From Chloroflexota bacterium (GTDB lineage: Bacteria; Chloroflexota; Dehalococcoidia; JACQUD01), in assembly GCA_016210485.1 (NCBI GenBank), contig JACQUD010000061.1, positions 1 through 58,691 on the forward strand: a DNA stretch of 58,691 nt. The letters are read 5' to 3'. Positions 24,222-35,529 of the stretch are shown here, piece after piece. The notes under the pieces are model-generated. The model was not told where the DNA came from. It searched no databases and saw only the letters and a program-made list of their open reading frames with translations. The first letter of the stretch is position 1; every line of letters starts with the position of its first letter. Both the position numbers and the translations under genes were made by a program.

Positions 24222-25475
24222 TCACCCCTTCAATTGAATCCGGGCCAAGCGTGGCAGAATGCCCTGACAGCCCACGCCGAGGAAAGTTCGGTATGTCCAC
24301 TCTACATCTTGAGCCTGAACTACCTCACCCTCTCGCGGGTGCACAGATTTTCTTCTTAGCGAGTTCAGCTTACCCAAATGCCTGTCAATACTGGAAAGAA
24401 AATCCTTGTCATCTTTGGAAACTTGATGTGACCTCATGAAAGAGTCGAAACAGGACTCTTTGAACATGAGGTGGAGAAAGTCTCCCAGGCTAGGCTCCCA
24501 CGAAGGCTTTTTCTGAAGTTCGTCCAGTTTCAGCATCAGAAGCTCTTCCCTGGGATGGGAACGCACATGCTCAACGAAGGGAGCCCACAGGGTTTCCCTG
24601 ACTATCTCGACTGTAGCCTTCCACAAGTTCTCAATCACCGCGCTCTTAGTTGACCTGTCCCTAGACCACCAGACCACGTCAGCCTGGGTAAGCGCATCCC
24701 TGACAGCCTCAGGCAATTGTTTCCACTGGCCCGGGAAGAAAAGCGTCTCCATGTGCCTGTCTGCGTGCTCTTGCTCCTCACTCTCTTTCCAAGAGCGCAA
24801 CTGATCAGGGGTAAGTCTTGATGTAGCAAAACCGGTCGCAAATCCCCAGAACAGCCTGTGGGACCACCATTTATTGCCTTGGCTATCAATTAGTGGGACA
24901 TCTAGGTCGGGGCCTATGTCCCACTCGCCTATCCAGTCTCCGGCAGCCCTGCAATTCTGGGCAACCCGCTTCCAATCTGTCACAATGTGTGGCTGCTGTC
25001 GAATCCTTTCGAAGCAGTCAACGGCATCCTGAGGCTTGAGGTACCCTAAGTCGCGCTCGACTGAACCTAATTCAAAGTATGTCTTGCTAAAGTGCCATAA
25101 GGCATCTTCATATCTACCTTCTATGAACCTGAGATTAAACAATTCGCCGTTGATGATAGCACCCATGATCCTAATCTCTTCTTTGATCCACTGGAAGTTC
25201 TCATCATCCGCTCCGTCAGGAGCTTCCCTGGGGAAAAGCAAGATAGATCTTTGAGCATACTCCAGCAGCTCCTGAAAGCGCTCAGTATAGCTCTGGGATG
25301 TCCTCCTTTTCTCCAGAGCCGCAAGAGCACAGCAAAACGCTGTGTGTAGATGAAGAGCAGATGGACTAAGCTTTACTTCGGCACCTGGCATATACCATTG
25401 GCGAAATTGCTTCTCCCCGAGCTCTAGGAGTTCCTCCGAGCATTCATCTATAAGCATCTCGTAAAGTGCTGCCAC
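24222..25475 (-). CDS. Hypothetical 417-aa protein with a HEPN-like C-terminal domain (Rx4H), encoded in low-GC DNA inside the his operon
   Basis: I recognise no family for the N-terminal ~250 aa. The C-terminal helical region ends 'FLSSIDRHLGKLNSLRRKSVHPREGEVVQAQDVEWTYRTFLG', which contains an R-x4-H motif in an L..LR....H context. Hand-counted lines are 40-50% GC, against about 63-65% in the neighbours. Confidence 0.75.
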   Translation of the reverse strand: MAALYEMLIDECSEELLELGEKQFRQWYMPGAEVKLSPSALHLHTAFCCALAALEKRRTSQSYTERFQELLEYAQRSILLFPREAPDGADDENFQWIKEEIRIMGAIINGELFNLRFIEGRYEDALWHFSKTYFELGSVERDLGYLKPQDAVDCFERIRQQPHIVTDWKRVAQNCRAAGDWIGEWDIGPDLDVPLIDSQGNKWWSHRLFWGFATGFATSRLTPDQLRSWKESEEQEHADRHMETLFFPGQWKQLPEAVRDALTQADVVWWSRDRSTKSAVIENLWKATVEIVRETLWAPFVEHVRSHPREELLMLKLDELQKKPSWEPSLGDFLHLMFKESCFDSFMRSHQVSKDDKDFLSSIDRHLGKLNSLRRKSVHPREGEVVQAQDVEWTYRTFLGVGCQGILPRLARIQLKG

Positions 25476-25494
25476 AGTTTCTCCTCCTCCCCTC

Positions 25495-26271
25495 CTACAG
25501 CCTCACCGGTATGCCCCTCTCCTGGAGGTAGACCTTGGCCTGGCGGATGGAGTAGGTGCCGAAGTGGAAGATAGAGGCCGCCAGGACGGCATCCGCCTTG
25601 CCCTCCACTATAGCATCGTAGAGGTGGGAGAGGCGACCCGCCCCCCCGGAGGCGACCACAGGCACGGGCACCGCCTCAGAGATGGCCCGCAACAGCTCCA
25701 GGTCGTAGCCCTCCTGAGTCCCGTCGGCGTCCATGCTGTTGACCACGATCTCCCCCACCCCCAGCTCCACCGCCCTGACGGCCCACTCCACGGCGTCCAG
25801 CCCGGTGGGCCGTCCCCCGGCCCGGCCGGTGTGGGTGCGCACCTCCCAGCGAGTCGGCGAGCTGCCCGGCACCCTCATGGCGTCCATGCCCAGCACGATG
25901 CACTGGCTGCCGAACCGCTCGGCCCCCTCTCGAATGAGGTTGGGGCTCTGGACGGCGGCGGTGTTGATGGACACCTTGTCGGCCCCCGCCTTCAGCATCC
26001 GGTTCATGTCCTCGACGCTGCGCAGCCCTCCCCCGACGCACAGCGGTATGAAGACCTGGTCGGCGGTGCGGGACACCACCTCCAGCATGATGTGGCGCTC
26101 GTCGGTGGAGGCGGTGATGTCATAGAAGACCAGCTCATCGGCGCCCTCTCGGTTATAGAAGGCGGCCAGGGCCACGGGGTCGCCGGCGTCCCGGTGGTCG
26201 AGGAAGCGGACCCCCTTGACCACCCGGCCCCCCGTTACGTCAAGGCAGGGGATGATGCGCTTGGTTAGCAT
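25495..26271 (-). CDS. hisF: Imidazole glycerol phosphate synthase, cyclase subunit
   Basis: ORF track extends to 26331. I trimmed it to '[20 protein letters not shown]'. Confidence 0.9.
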   Translation of the reverse strand: MLTKRIIPCLDVTGGRVVKGVRFLDHRDAGDPVALAAFYNREGADELVFYDITASTDERHIMLEVVSRTADQVFIPLCVGGGLRSVEDMNRMLKAGADKVSINTAAVQSPNLIREGAERFGSQCIVLGMDAMRVPGSSPTRWEVRTHTGRAGGRPTGLDAVEWAVRAVELGVGEIVVNSMDADGTQEGYDLELLRAISEAVPVPVVASGGAGRLSHLYDAIVEGKADAVLAASIFHFGTYSIRQAKVYLQERGIPVRL

Positions 26272-26279
26272 ACCTGATC

Positions 26280-27308
26280 TCACTCCCCATACGCCGCTTT
26301 GAGCGCCCGGAGCGCCCGCAGGGTCACCCACTTGCTTGGCCGCCCCTTGGCCTCAATGTCGGCCCACATCTTGCCGTTGTAGCTATACTCCAGCTTCCAG
26401 CGGCCCTGAGCGTCCTGCTTGGACTCCACCAGGGCCAGGGCGTTGGCCAGGCGCTTGTCCTTAGCAGACCCCAGGGCGGCCAGGGCCTCCAGGTTTTGCA
26501 AGACATCGGTGACGTAGCCGATGGGGTAGCCGAGCTTGAACCAGCTAGAGCTGGGCTTGGCGCTCCAGCCCGAGGGATAGTCCGCAACCGCCGGGTCTCG
26601 GCCCAGCAGGAACTTCGCCCCGTGTTCGATGGCTGCCCGCATCCGGGGCGTGCGCTGGGCGGGAGGAACCTTGCCCAGGGCCAGCATGGCCTTCACCGCT
26701 CCCCAGGCGCAGGGCAGGCCGGCGTTGCCGGAGCAAGCGAAGGTCGGGCCGCAGGTGCCCGACTTGTAGTAGCGCTCCGCCGTGTCTGTAGCCTCCGGGC
26801 CGGCGATCCCGTCCCCGGTGACCATCCGCGCCTGCCACTCCACCGCCCTCTGGAGCCGTTGGTCCTCCAGATAGCCCAGGTCTATCAGGGCCGCCGCCAG
26901 GTTCCCAGCCTCGCAGTGGCCGAAGGTCGAGAGTGTCCTGTTTACAGTGAAGCCGCCGTGCTGGGCGAGGGCGTGAGAAAGGAGATATTCGCACCCGGCC
27001 CGGACCCGGGGATGGTTGCCATCGGCCCCAAGCTGGGCCAGGAAGATAATCTGCCACACGGTGCCGGTATATTTGGGGGCGTAGCCCGGCCCCGGCTTGA
27101 CCCAGTAGCCCTCGGGGGCCTGGGCGGCCAGGATGGCGGGCACGGGGCCGCTCTGCATGATAGCCGCCTTCGCCACCTTCACTTCCCCATCGCCCTCGGG
27201 TCGGCTCAGCAAGTCTCGCAGGGCGAAATAGCGAACGGCGGACTGGGACGGGTCCGGCTCCAGCAGCCAGGGCAAGGGGTCTCCCCTCAGCCTATCTCTC
27301 CATCTCAT
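26280..27308 (-). CDS. Prenyltransferase/terpene-cyclase-like alpha-alpha toroid repeat protein
   Basis: ORF track extends to 27506. I trimmed it to '[16 protein letters not shown]', which is preceded by GAGGAGG. A QW-type motif 'QDAQGRW' and repeated 'A..ALL/ G.W' helical pairs are present. The family call is tentative. Confidence 0.6.
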   Translation of the reverse strand: MRWRDRLRGDPLPWLLEPDPSQSAVRYFALRDLLSRPEGDGEVKVAKAAIMQSGPVPAILAAQAPEGYWVKPGPGYAPKYTGTVWQIIFLAQLGADGNHPRVRAGCEYLLSHALAQHGGFTVNRTLSTFGHCEAGNLAAALIDLGYLEDQRLQRAVEWQARMVTGDGIAGPEATDTAERYYKSGTCGPTFACSGNAGLPCAWGAVKAMLALGKVPPAQRTPRMRAAIEHGAKFLLGRDPAVADYPSGWSAKPSSSWFKLGYPIGYVTDVLQNLEALAALGSAKDKRLANALALVESKQDAQGRWKLEYSYNGKMWADIEAKGRPSKWVTLRALRALKAAYGE

Positions 27309-27313
27309 GGTCG

Positions 27314-28639
27314 CTACCTCCTCGAATCGCCCCCTGTTGGCCTGTGCGCCAGCAGGAAGTAGTACTTGTCTCCTAACCCTTCCTCCCTCACCACCTTCAA
27401 GCCGACCTTCTCCGCCAAGGCCTCTGTCTCCTCCTGGGAGAGGCGGTCGGCCCGGGGCGGGCCGTCGCCTGTGCTGGCCTTGACCCACTCCACTATCGCC
27501 AGCCATCCCCCCGGCTTGAGGAGGGCAGCCGCTATCTTCAAGAACTCCTCAGCCCTCTCCTTCATCTCGTGGAGGACGAAGGTCAGGAGCATGCCGTCCA
27601 GGCCCCCCAGCTCCAGGGGGAACTCCACCTCCCCACACTTCATTATATCGATATTCTTTATCCTGGCCCGCTTTGCCCGCTCCCGCAGTCGGGCCAGCAT
27701 CTCCGGCTGGACATCCAGGGCTACCACCTGGCCCTGGGGAAGTCGCCGAGCCAGGGGCAGGCTGAAGTAGCCGGGGCCGCAGCCGATGTCCGCCACTCTC
27801 TGCTGAGGCTCCAGGGGCAGGAGGTCGAACACTTTCTCCGGGTTCAGCTCCCTTCGCCGTGTCACGTCCTCCAGAAGACTCAGCCGACGGACATCGAAGC
27901 GATGGTGGGGAGGTGGAGGCATAGGCCGGGAGGCCACAGCAATTGCCTCCTTCAGGTCGAGCTGCCCGGTATACAGCGCCCGGCCCAGGATGGCCCCCTC
28001 AACCCCCAGGTCCCGGAGGCGGGCCACGTGCTCCAGGGTGGAGATGCCTCCCGAGGCGATGACGGAAAAACCGGGCAGGGCCAAGAGGCGAGCTATATCT
28101 TGGAAGCCGGGGCCGGCCAGGGTGCCGTCTTGGGCGATATCAGTGGAGACGATGCTCTTCACTCCCATTCCCCCAAGCCGCTCCGCCAGTTCGAGGGCTG
28201 ACATCGAGGTCTGCTTCTCCCAGCCCCGGGCCGCCACCATGCCATCCCTGGCGTCGATGCCCACCACCACCCTCTCCCCAAACTTCTGGCAGGCCTTCTT
28301 CACCAGCTTCGGTTCCTCCACCGCCGCCGTCCCCAGGACGGCTCGCTCCGCTCCCAGGGACAGCACCTCGGCCACCGCCTCCAAAGAGCGCAGGCCACCC
28401 CCCACTTGGAGGGGTATCTTCATTGCCCTTGCGATGTTGCCGATGACCTCACCGTGGATCAGGTGACCGGCCCGCGCCCCATCCAGGTCGACGATGTGCA
28501 ATCGAGGCGCGCCTAGCTCAGCCCAGCGCCGGGCCACGGCCACGGGGTCGTCGGAGAAGACCATCTCCTGGGAGAAGTCGCCCTGGTAGAGGCGGACACA
28601 CTTGCCGCCTCGCAGGTCTATGGCCGGGATGATTTCCAT
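27314..28639 (-). CDS. hisA: HisA (ProFAR isomerase) fused to a C-terminal class I SAM-dependent methyltransferase domain
   Basis: 441 aa. 'MEIIPAIDLRGGKCVRLYQGDF...' is HisA (about 240 aa). After a PPPP linker comes 'VADIGCGPGYFSLPLARRL...LKPGGWLAIVEW', the methyltransferase motifs I and post-I. Confidence 0.85.
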   Translation of the reverse strand: MEIIPAIDLRGGKCVRLYQGDFSQEMVFSDDPVAVARRWAELGAPRLHIVDLDGARAGHLIHGEVIGNIARAMKIPLQVGGGLRSLEAVAEVLSLGAERAVLGTAAVEEPKLVKKACQKFGERVVVGIDARDGMVAARGWEKQTSMSALELAERLGGMGVKSIVSTDIAQDGTLAGPGFQDIARLLALPGFSVIASGGISTLEHVARLRDLGVEGAILGRALYTGQLDLKEAIAVASRPMPPPPHHRFDVRRLSLLEDVTRRRELNPEKVFDLLPLEPQQRVADIGCGPGYFSLPLARRLPQGQVVALDVQPEMLARLRERAKRARIKNIDIMKCGEVEFPLELGGLDGMLLTFVLHEMKERAEEFLKIAAALLKPGGWLAIVEWVKASTGDGPPRADRLSQEETEALAEKVGLKVVREEGLGDKYYFLLAHRPTGGDSRR

Positions 28640-29275
28640 TCAATCCCTTCTCAGGCCGGACAGAAAGTTCTTATATATCAGAAGCCCCGTCTCGCCACTC
28701 TTCTCAGGATGGAACTGGGTGGCTATCAAGTTGTCTCGGGCGATAGCGCTGGCGAAGGTGACGCCGTAGTCCGTCTTCGCCACCACGATGTCAGGGTCAT
28801 CCGGCTCAGGATAATAGCTATGGACGAAGTAGAAATTGGAGCCGTCGGGGATGCCCTGGAAAACGGGATGGTTCTTGGCGAAGCGCACCTGGTTCCAGCC
28901 CATGTGGGGCACCTTGAGGCCCGGAGGCAGCCTCCTCACCCGACCGGGGAGGATGCCCAGGCAGGGACCGCCACCCCCTTCTTCGGTGGAGTCGAAGAGG
29001 AGCTGGAGACCCAGGCACACCCCCAGGAAGGGCTTGCCCTCAGCCACCGCCTCTTTCAGGGCCGGGATAAGGCCCAGGCGCTCCAGGCTGGCCATGGCAT
29101 CGGCGGCGGCACCCACCCCGGGGAGAATGAGGGCGGGGGCCTCTCTCATCTCCTGGGGACTGCTGGTGACCCTGACCTCATACCCCAGGTGCTGGATGGC
29201 CTTGACCACGCTTCTGAGGTTCCCAGCCCCGTAATCTACTACGGCGATCATAGATTGCTCCACATTTGGCTTCAT
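28640..29275 (-). CDS. hisH: Imidazole glycerol phosphate synthase, glutamine amidotransferase subunit
   Basis: 'IAVVDYGAGNLRSVVKA...GVCLGLQLL...HSYY'. Confidence 0.9.
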   Translation of the reverse strand: MKPNVEQSMIAVVDYGAGNLRSVVKAIQHLGYEVRVTSSPQEMREAPALILPGVGAAADAMASLERLGLIPALKEAVAEGKPFLGVCLGLQLLFDSTEEGGGGPCLGILPGRVRRLPPGLKVPHMGWNQVRFAKNHPVFQGIPDGSNFYFVHSYYPEPDDPDIVVAKTDYGVTFASAIARDNLIATQFHPEKSGETGLLIYKNFLSGLRRD

Positions 29276-29332
29276 TTTATCATAGCTCCCTCATCTCCAG
29301 CGAACTCGGTGATATACTTATTCTTGAGATAG

Positions 29333-31378
<2,046 letters not shown>

Positions 31379-31418
31379 GACCGAACTCAGCCGGTCGCCG
31401 CCCTACTCGGCGGCGAAG

Positions 31419-31940
31419 CTAGGGGTAAACCTTATCGGTTATCTGCCAGTCGATGAGGTCCAGCAGGCAGATGTATTGGTTCCAAATGGAAGGTGTCAGA
31501 GGATGCTCATCGCCGTTGATCTGGTTTTGTTTAACCCTTAAGGCATAGTAGGGGCCATCTTCGGCGCCGGTGTTGCTCCATATCTCTACAATCCTCTCCG
31601 TATCATCGACTACCACGGTGCGCGTAGGGAGAACTGTTACCGAGGCAGTCACGCTCCCGTTCTGAATAGACGCCTGTCCGCTGCCCGGAGATGCGGTGGG
31701 AGCAGGTCTCTCTGGCAATGTTGTAGCCAGGATGCCGCCGTCTAACACGAAGACGAGGCCAGAGAGTTCAGTGTCCAAGGAACTGAAAGACACTGAATGT
31801 TGCAGCCTTTGCGATTCCACCGACCCCTCTGCCCCTGATGCCTCTCCGGGAGTAGGAGACAAAAAATTAGGGGAATTCAAGGCCAACAGGGCCACAGCTA
31901 ACATCGTCCAATTTCTCGCGATATAGATGAGCTTTGCCAT
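31419..31940 (-). CDS. Hypothetical secreted protein
   Basis: 173 aa with an N-terminal signal-like 'WTMLAVALLALNSP'. I recognise no motif. Its GC is lower than in the flanking genes. Confidence 0.55.
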   Translation of the reverse strand: MAKLIYIARNWTMLAVALLALNSPNFLSPTPGEASGAEGSVESQRLQHSVSFSSLDTELSGLVFVLDGGILATTLPERPAPTASPGSGQASIQNGSVTASVTVLPTRTVVVDDTERIVEIWSNTGAEDGPYYALRVKQNQINGDEHPLTPSIWNQYICLLDLIDWQITDKVYP

Positions 31941-32207
31941 GGTTTCCGTCTCCCCGCTGGTCTATTGCTGGGCTCAATCTTTCCATATCTCAGGCTAGAT
32001 TGGAGATGGTGGCTAAACAAGCTCAGAAACGGCCACTTAAACGCCCCCAAAAGCGCCAATTTTTGAGCCATAGGGTTCATCATATGGACATGTTGCCTTA
32101 GGCGATAAACATAGCTTTGCGATAAAGCTGAAACGAGGGTGAGTATGAAGGGGTGGCCAGTAAAAACAAAGGCCTCTACACTATAGGGTTACTGCTCATC
32201 TGGAGCG

Positions 32208-32293
32208 ATTTGAGCCGAAAGTCCGCTATTTTGAGCCGAAAAGTCCTCGATTCTGAACCAAATAGGCCTCGTTTTTGAGACTAAAGTCATCTA
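32208..32293 (+). repeat. Four imperfect tandem repeats of 21-23 nt with core TTGAGCC(G)AAA
   Basis: The core TTGAGCCGAAA occurs at 32210 and 32231. Degenerate copies CTGAACCAAA (32253) and TTGAGACTAAA (32275) follow. An isolated TTGAGCCA is at 32063. Confidence 0.6.
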
Positions 32294-32871
32294 TGTTAAT
32301 TTCCATGGAAGGGTCGACTACCATGGCTCAGGATGACCTGGTCTCTGAGATAGCCCGGTTGCCCTTCCCCGAGATGCTCAACCGGACCTTGGCTCTGGAA
32401 TATCGGTTCATCGTCAGCTATCCGCGGCTTATCGATCGGATGGTAGATGTAGAGAAAACCGTAGACAAAGAGAGCGAGGTAGTGAAGATTCTGAAGCAAC
32501 TGGGGCAGGAGTCCGTTTATCACTGCGATTATGTGATGCGAATCATCAGGGCCCTCGGCGGGGAACCCACCTTCAATTTTGAAATTATCGCCGATATGCC
32601 AGACATAGTCCATCATTGCGAGGAGCAGCTAGAGAGGGAGATGCTGACCCTGGCGATATATCGGCGAGCCAAGAGCTTGGCCGAGGATAGAATTCGAGCA
32701 AATGTTTGGCATAGGGTAGCAAACAGGTTGGCATCCCTGCTATTCAGACGAGCTAGTCAGCCAACAACCAAGGGTCCGATTCTTGAGCTGCTGGAAAAGC
32801 TGATAGCTGCTGAGCGGAGCCACGTAGAAAAGATGGACAAGGTAATCAGAATTCTCCAATTGCAGCGTTAG
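32275..32871 (+). CDS. Ferritin-like four-helix-bundle protein; start uncertain
   Basis: 198-aa ORF from a TTG that lies inside the repeat array. In-frame ATGs at 32293, 32305 and 32323 are alternative starts. E/ExxH-like pairs are present ('LALEYRF', 'QESVYH', 'LEREML', 'AAERSH'). Confidence 0.6.
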   Translation: MRLKSSMLISMEGSTTMAQDDLVSEIARLPFPEMLNRTLALEYRFIVSYPRLIDRMVDVEKTVDKESEVVKILKQLGQESVYHCDYVMRIIRALGGEPTFNFEIIADMPDIVHHCEEQLEREMLTLAIYRRAKSLAEDRIRANVWHRVANRLASLLFRRASQPTTKGPILELLEKLIAAERSHVEKMDKVIRILQLQR

Positions 32872-32909
32872 CTTGTAGCCCCTCCTGTCTTTCTTTGTAG
32901 TATATCTCG

Positions 32910-32939
32910 TTGACAAGCCTTCCCCATCCGATGTAAACT
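32910..32939 (+). promoter_or_regulatory. Sigma70-like promoter upstream of glyA
   Basis: TTGACA (32910-32915), an 18-nt spacer and TAAACT (32934-32939). Confidence 0.4.
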
Positions 32940-33006
32940 ACTCTCCAGATATCGAAATCTGGGCCGTGCCCTGGTGACTGTTTAGCCAAGGGCTACGGAG
33001 CAACCA

Positions 33007-33047
33007 AGGCCACGGCGGGGAAACGTGGCCTTTCCTGTTTATCTTTT
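33007..33047 (+). terminator. Terminator-like hairpin 17 nt upstream of the glyA start
   Basis: The stem AGGCCACG / CGTGGCCT has a 9-nt loop and is followed by the U-rich TTTCCTGTTTATCTTTT. Confidence 0.5.
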
Positions 33048-33063
33048 GAGAACGGGGCTATAG

Positions 33064-34311
33064 GTGCTGAAGAAAACTGACCCTGAGCTGGCTAAGATAA
33101 TCCAGGCCGAGGTGGAGCGCCAGCGCCGGAATATCGAGCTCATCGCTGCCGAGAACTACGTCTCCAGGGCCGTGCTGGAGGCCCAGGGCTCCGTCCTTAC
33201 CAACAAGTATGCTGAGGGTTATCCGGGGCTTCGCTACTACGGAGGCTGCCAGGAGGTGGACAAGGCTGAGGAGTTGGCCATCCAGCGAGCTTGTCAGCTC
33301 TTCGGCGCGGAGCATGCCAATGTTCAGCCTCACAGCGGCTCCCAGGCCAACATGGTCGCCTATTTCACTCTGCTGAAACCAGGCGACACCGCTCTGGGTA
33401 TGAGTCTAGACCACGGGGGGCATTTAACTCACGGCAGCCGGGTGAACTTCTCCGGCAGATGGTACCGGTTCATCCCTTACGGTGTGCGCCAGGATAACGA
33501 GCTCCTAGACTACGATGAGATGGCCCGGCTGGCCAGGGAGCACCACCCCAAACTCATTGTAGCCGGGGCTTCAGCCTATCCTCGAATTATAGATTTCGCC
33601 AGAATCAGGGCCATCGCCGACGAGGTGGATGCCAAGGTGATGGTAGATATGGCCCACATCGCTGGCCTGGTGGCTGTTGGGTTGCACCCCAGCCCCATAC
33701 CCCACTCCCATGTAGTTACCTCCACCACCCACAAAACCATGAGAGGCCCCAGAGCCGGCTTCATCCTCTGTACTCAAGAGCTGGCCTCGGCTATAGATAA
33801 AGCTGTCTTTCCGGGAATCCAGGGCGGGCCCTTGATGCACATTATCGCCGCCAAGGCGGTGGCCTTCGCCGAGGCTATGAGACCGGAGTTCGCCCAGTAC
33901 CAGAAGAGGGTGCTGGAGAACGCCCAGACCATGGCCGAGGAGTTGACTCGGGGCGGGTTGAGGCTCGTCTCCGGAGGCACCGATAATCACCTGGTCCTGG
34001 TGGACCTCACCGCCGTCGGCATCACTGGCAAAGAAGCGGAGGTGGCCCTGGATGAGGTAGGCATCTCAGTGAACAAAAATACCATCCCCTTTGACCCGCG
34101 CCCTCCTGCCATCACCAGCGGCATTCGCGTGGGCACTCCTGCCATCACCACCCGAGGCATGGGCACCGCCGAGGCCAAGAGCATCGCCCATCTCATGGTA
34201 GAGGTCCTGAGGCACCGGGGGGATGTGGCAGTGGCCCGCCGGGTCAAGAAGGAGGTGGTCGAGATAACCTCCCGCTTCCCCCTCCCCGGCGTGAATCAAG
34301 AGATAGCTTGA
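33064..34311 (+). CDS. glyA: Serine hydroxymethyltransferase
   Basis: 415 aa with a GTG start. Motifs seen are '[10 protein letters not shown]', '[13 protein letters not shown]' and '[13 protein letters not shown]' (the PLP Lys). Confidence 0.95.
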   Translation: MLKKTDPELAKIIQAEVERQRRNIELIAAENYVSRAVLEAQGSVLTNKYAEGYPGLRYYGGCQEVDKAEELAIQRACQLFGAEHANVQPHSGSQANMVAYFTLLKPGDTALGMSLDHGGHLTHGSRVNFSGRWYRFIPYGVRQDNELLDYDEMARLAREHHPKLIVAGASAYPRIIDFARIRAIADEVDAKVMVDMAHIAGLVAVGLHPSPIPHSHVVTSTTHKTMRGPRAGFILCTQELASAIDKAVFPGIQGGPLMHIIAAKAVAFAEAMRPEFAQYQKRVLENAQTMAEELTRGGLRLVSGGTDNHLVLVDLTAVGITGKEAEVALDEVGISVNKNTIPFDPRPPAITSGIRVGTPAITTRGMGTAEAKSIAHLMVEVLRHRGDVAVARRVKKEVVEITSRFPLPGVNQEIA

Positions 34312-34336
34312 GCCTGCCATCTCCCCATGCTATAAT
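34308..34336 (+). promoter_or_regulatory. Sigma70-like promoter of rpsF-ssb-rpsR
   Basis: TTGAGC (34308-34313), a 17-nt spacer and TGCTATAAT (extended -10, TATAAT at 34331-34336). Confidence 0.5.
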
Positions 34337-34362
34337 GGCGGCGACGAAAGGAGAGTCAATCT

Positions 34363-34734
34363 GTGCCTCAATATGAGATGGTCTTCATTCTGAGCCCGGA
34401 GGTGCCCGAGGAGCAGGTGGAGTCAGTCATGGAGAAAGTCACTCAATCCATCGCCGGCCGGGGCGGCAGTGTCCAGGAGGTGGAGCGTTGGGGAAGGCGG
34501 CGCCTGGCTTATCCCATAAAGAGTTTCGTCGAAGGCAACTATGTGTTAGCCCGGTTTCAAGTGGAGCCCCGGGCGATAGCGGAGTTAGAGGCCCAGCTGA
34601 GGGTATCCGAGGAAGTTATCCGCCATCTGGTGGTCAGGATGGAGCGTCGCCAGATCCAAAGATTGGCTGAACAAGCGAAAGAAAAGGAGATAGAAGAGAG
34701 CCAGGAGGCGGGGGAGCCAAAGGAGGAGGAGTGA
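34363..34734 (+). CDS. rpsF: 30S ribosomal protein S6
   Basis: 'PQYEMVFILSPEV...RRLAYPIK' with an acidic tail. Confidence 0.95.
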   Translation: MPQYEMVFILSPEVPEEQVESVMEKVTQSIAGRGGSVQEVERWGRRRLAYPIKSFVEGNYVLARFQVEPRAIAELEAQLRVSEEVIRHLVVRMERRQIQRLAEQAKEKEIEESQEAGEPKEEE

Positions 34735-35141
34735 TGGCGAGCCTGAATAAGATAATGGTCATAGGCAACTTGGGCAGCGACCCGGAGATGCGCTATACTC
34801 CTAACGGAAACCCCGTCACTTCCTTCCGCCTGGCCACCTCACGTGCCTTCACCACCTCCTCAGGAGAGCGGCGCCAGGAGACGGAATGGTTCGATGTCAT
34901 TACCTGGAACCGGCTGGCTGAGACGTGCAACCAGTTCCTGAGTAAGGGCCGTCGGGCTTTCGTAGAGGGGCGGTTGCGCACCAGCTCCTGGGAAGGCCCC
35001 GACGGGCAGCGCCGGCAACGCCTGGAGATAGTGGCTAACCGTGTCCTGTTCCTGGACCGGCAGGCACCTTCATCTTCAGGGGAACCCGCCGAGGAGACAG
35101 ACCAGATGACCGTCGGAGACTCGGATGAGGCACCCTTTTGA
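34734..35141 (+). CDS. ssb: Single-stranded DNA-binding protein
   Basis: 'MASLNKIMVIGNLGSDPEMRYTPNGNPVTSFRLA', with a C-terminal 'DEAPF' tip. The ATG overlaps the rpsF TGA. Confidence 0.95.
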   Translation: MASLNKIMVIGNLGSDPEMRYTPNGNPVTSFRLATSRAFTTSSGERRQETEWFDVITWNRLAETCNQFLSKGRRAFVEGRLRTSSWEGPDGQRRQRLEIVANRVLFLDRQAPSSSGEPAEETDQMTVGDSDEAPF

Positions 35142-35187
35142 GAGCTTCCGGCCGAACGAATTCTAGTAGAAAAGGATAGGCGAAGAT

Positions 35188-35526
35188 ATGCCCCAGCAAG
35201 CTAGGCCCCGCAGGGAAGGAACCAGGAAGAAGTTCATCCCCAAGAAAAGGTTCTGCTCCTTTTGTGCGGACAAAGTAGTCTACATAGATTACAAAGATAC
35301 AGCCAGGCTCCAGCGCTTTATCTCCGAGCGCGCCAGGATAGATCCTAGGAGGAGAACAGGGGTCTGCGCTAAGCACCAGAGAAGCCTGAGCCAGGCTTTG
35401 AAGCGTGCCCGTCACATAGCCTTGCTACCCTTCACTCCGGAGCATGTCCGCCTGAGCGGAGGGGCTGGCCTGCGCAGGGAGCAGGCTGGAGCATCCTCAC
35501 CGCAAGCCGGGCCAACAACTCTTTAG
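35188..35526 (+). CDS. rpsR: 30S ribosomal protein S18 with a C-terminal extension
   Basis: '[30 protein letters not shown]...RHIALLPF'. Confidence 0.9.
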   Translation: MPQQARPRREGTRKKFIPKKRFCSFCADKVVYIDYKDTARLQRFISERARIDPRRRTGVCAKHQRSLSQALKRARHIALLPFTPEHVRLSGGAGLRREQAGASSPQAGPTTL

Positions 35527-35529
35527 AGC

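Noticed and set aside
32945-33063. Known riboswitch (ZTP/pfl, THF, glycine) in the glyA leader
   Set aside because: Only fragments resemble the aptamer cores (GGGCCGTG...GTGACTG against the ZTP GGGTCGTGACTGGCG, and ACGGAGCAACC against the glycine CCGAAGGAGCAAC). The obligatory CCGCCTGGGC (ZTP) and GGAGAG/CTCAGGCAAAAGGAC (glycine) elements are absent.
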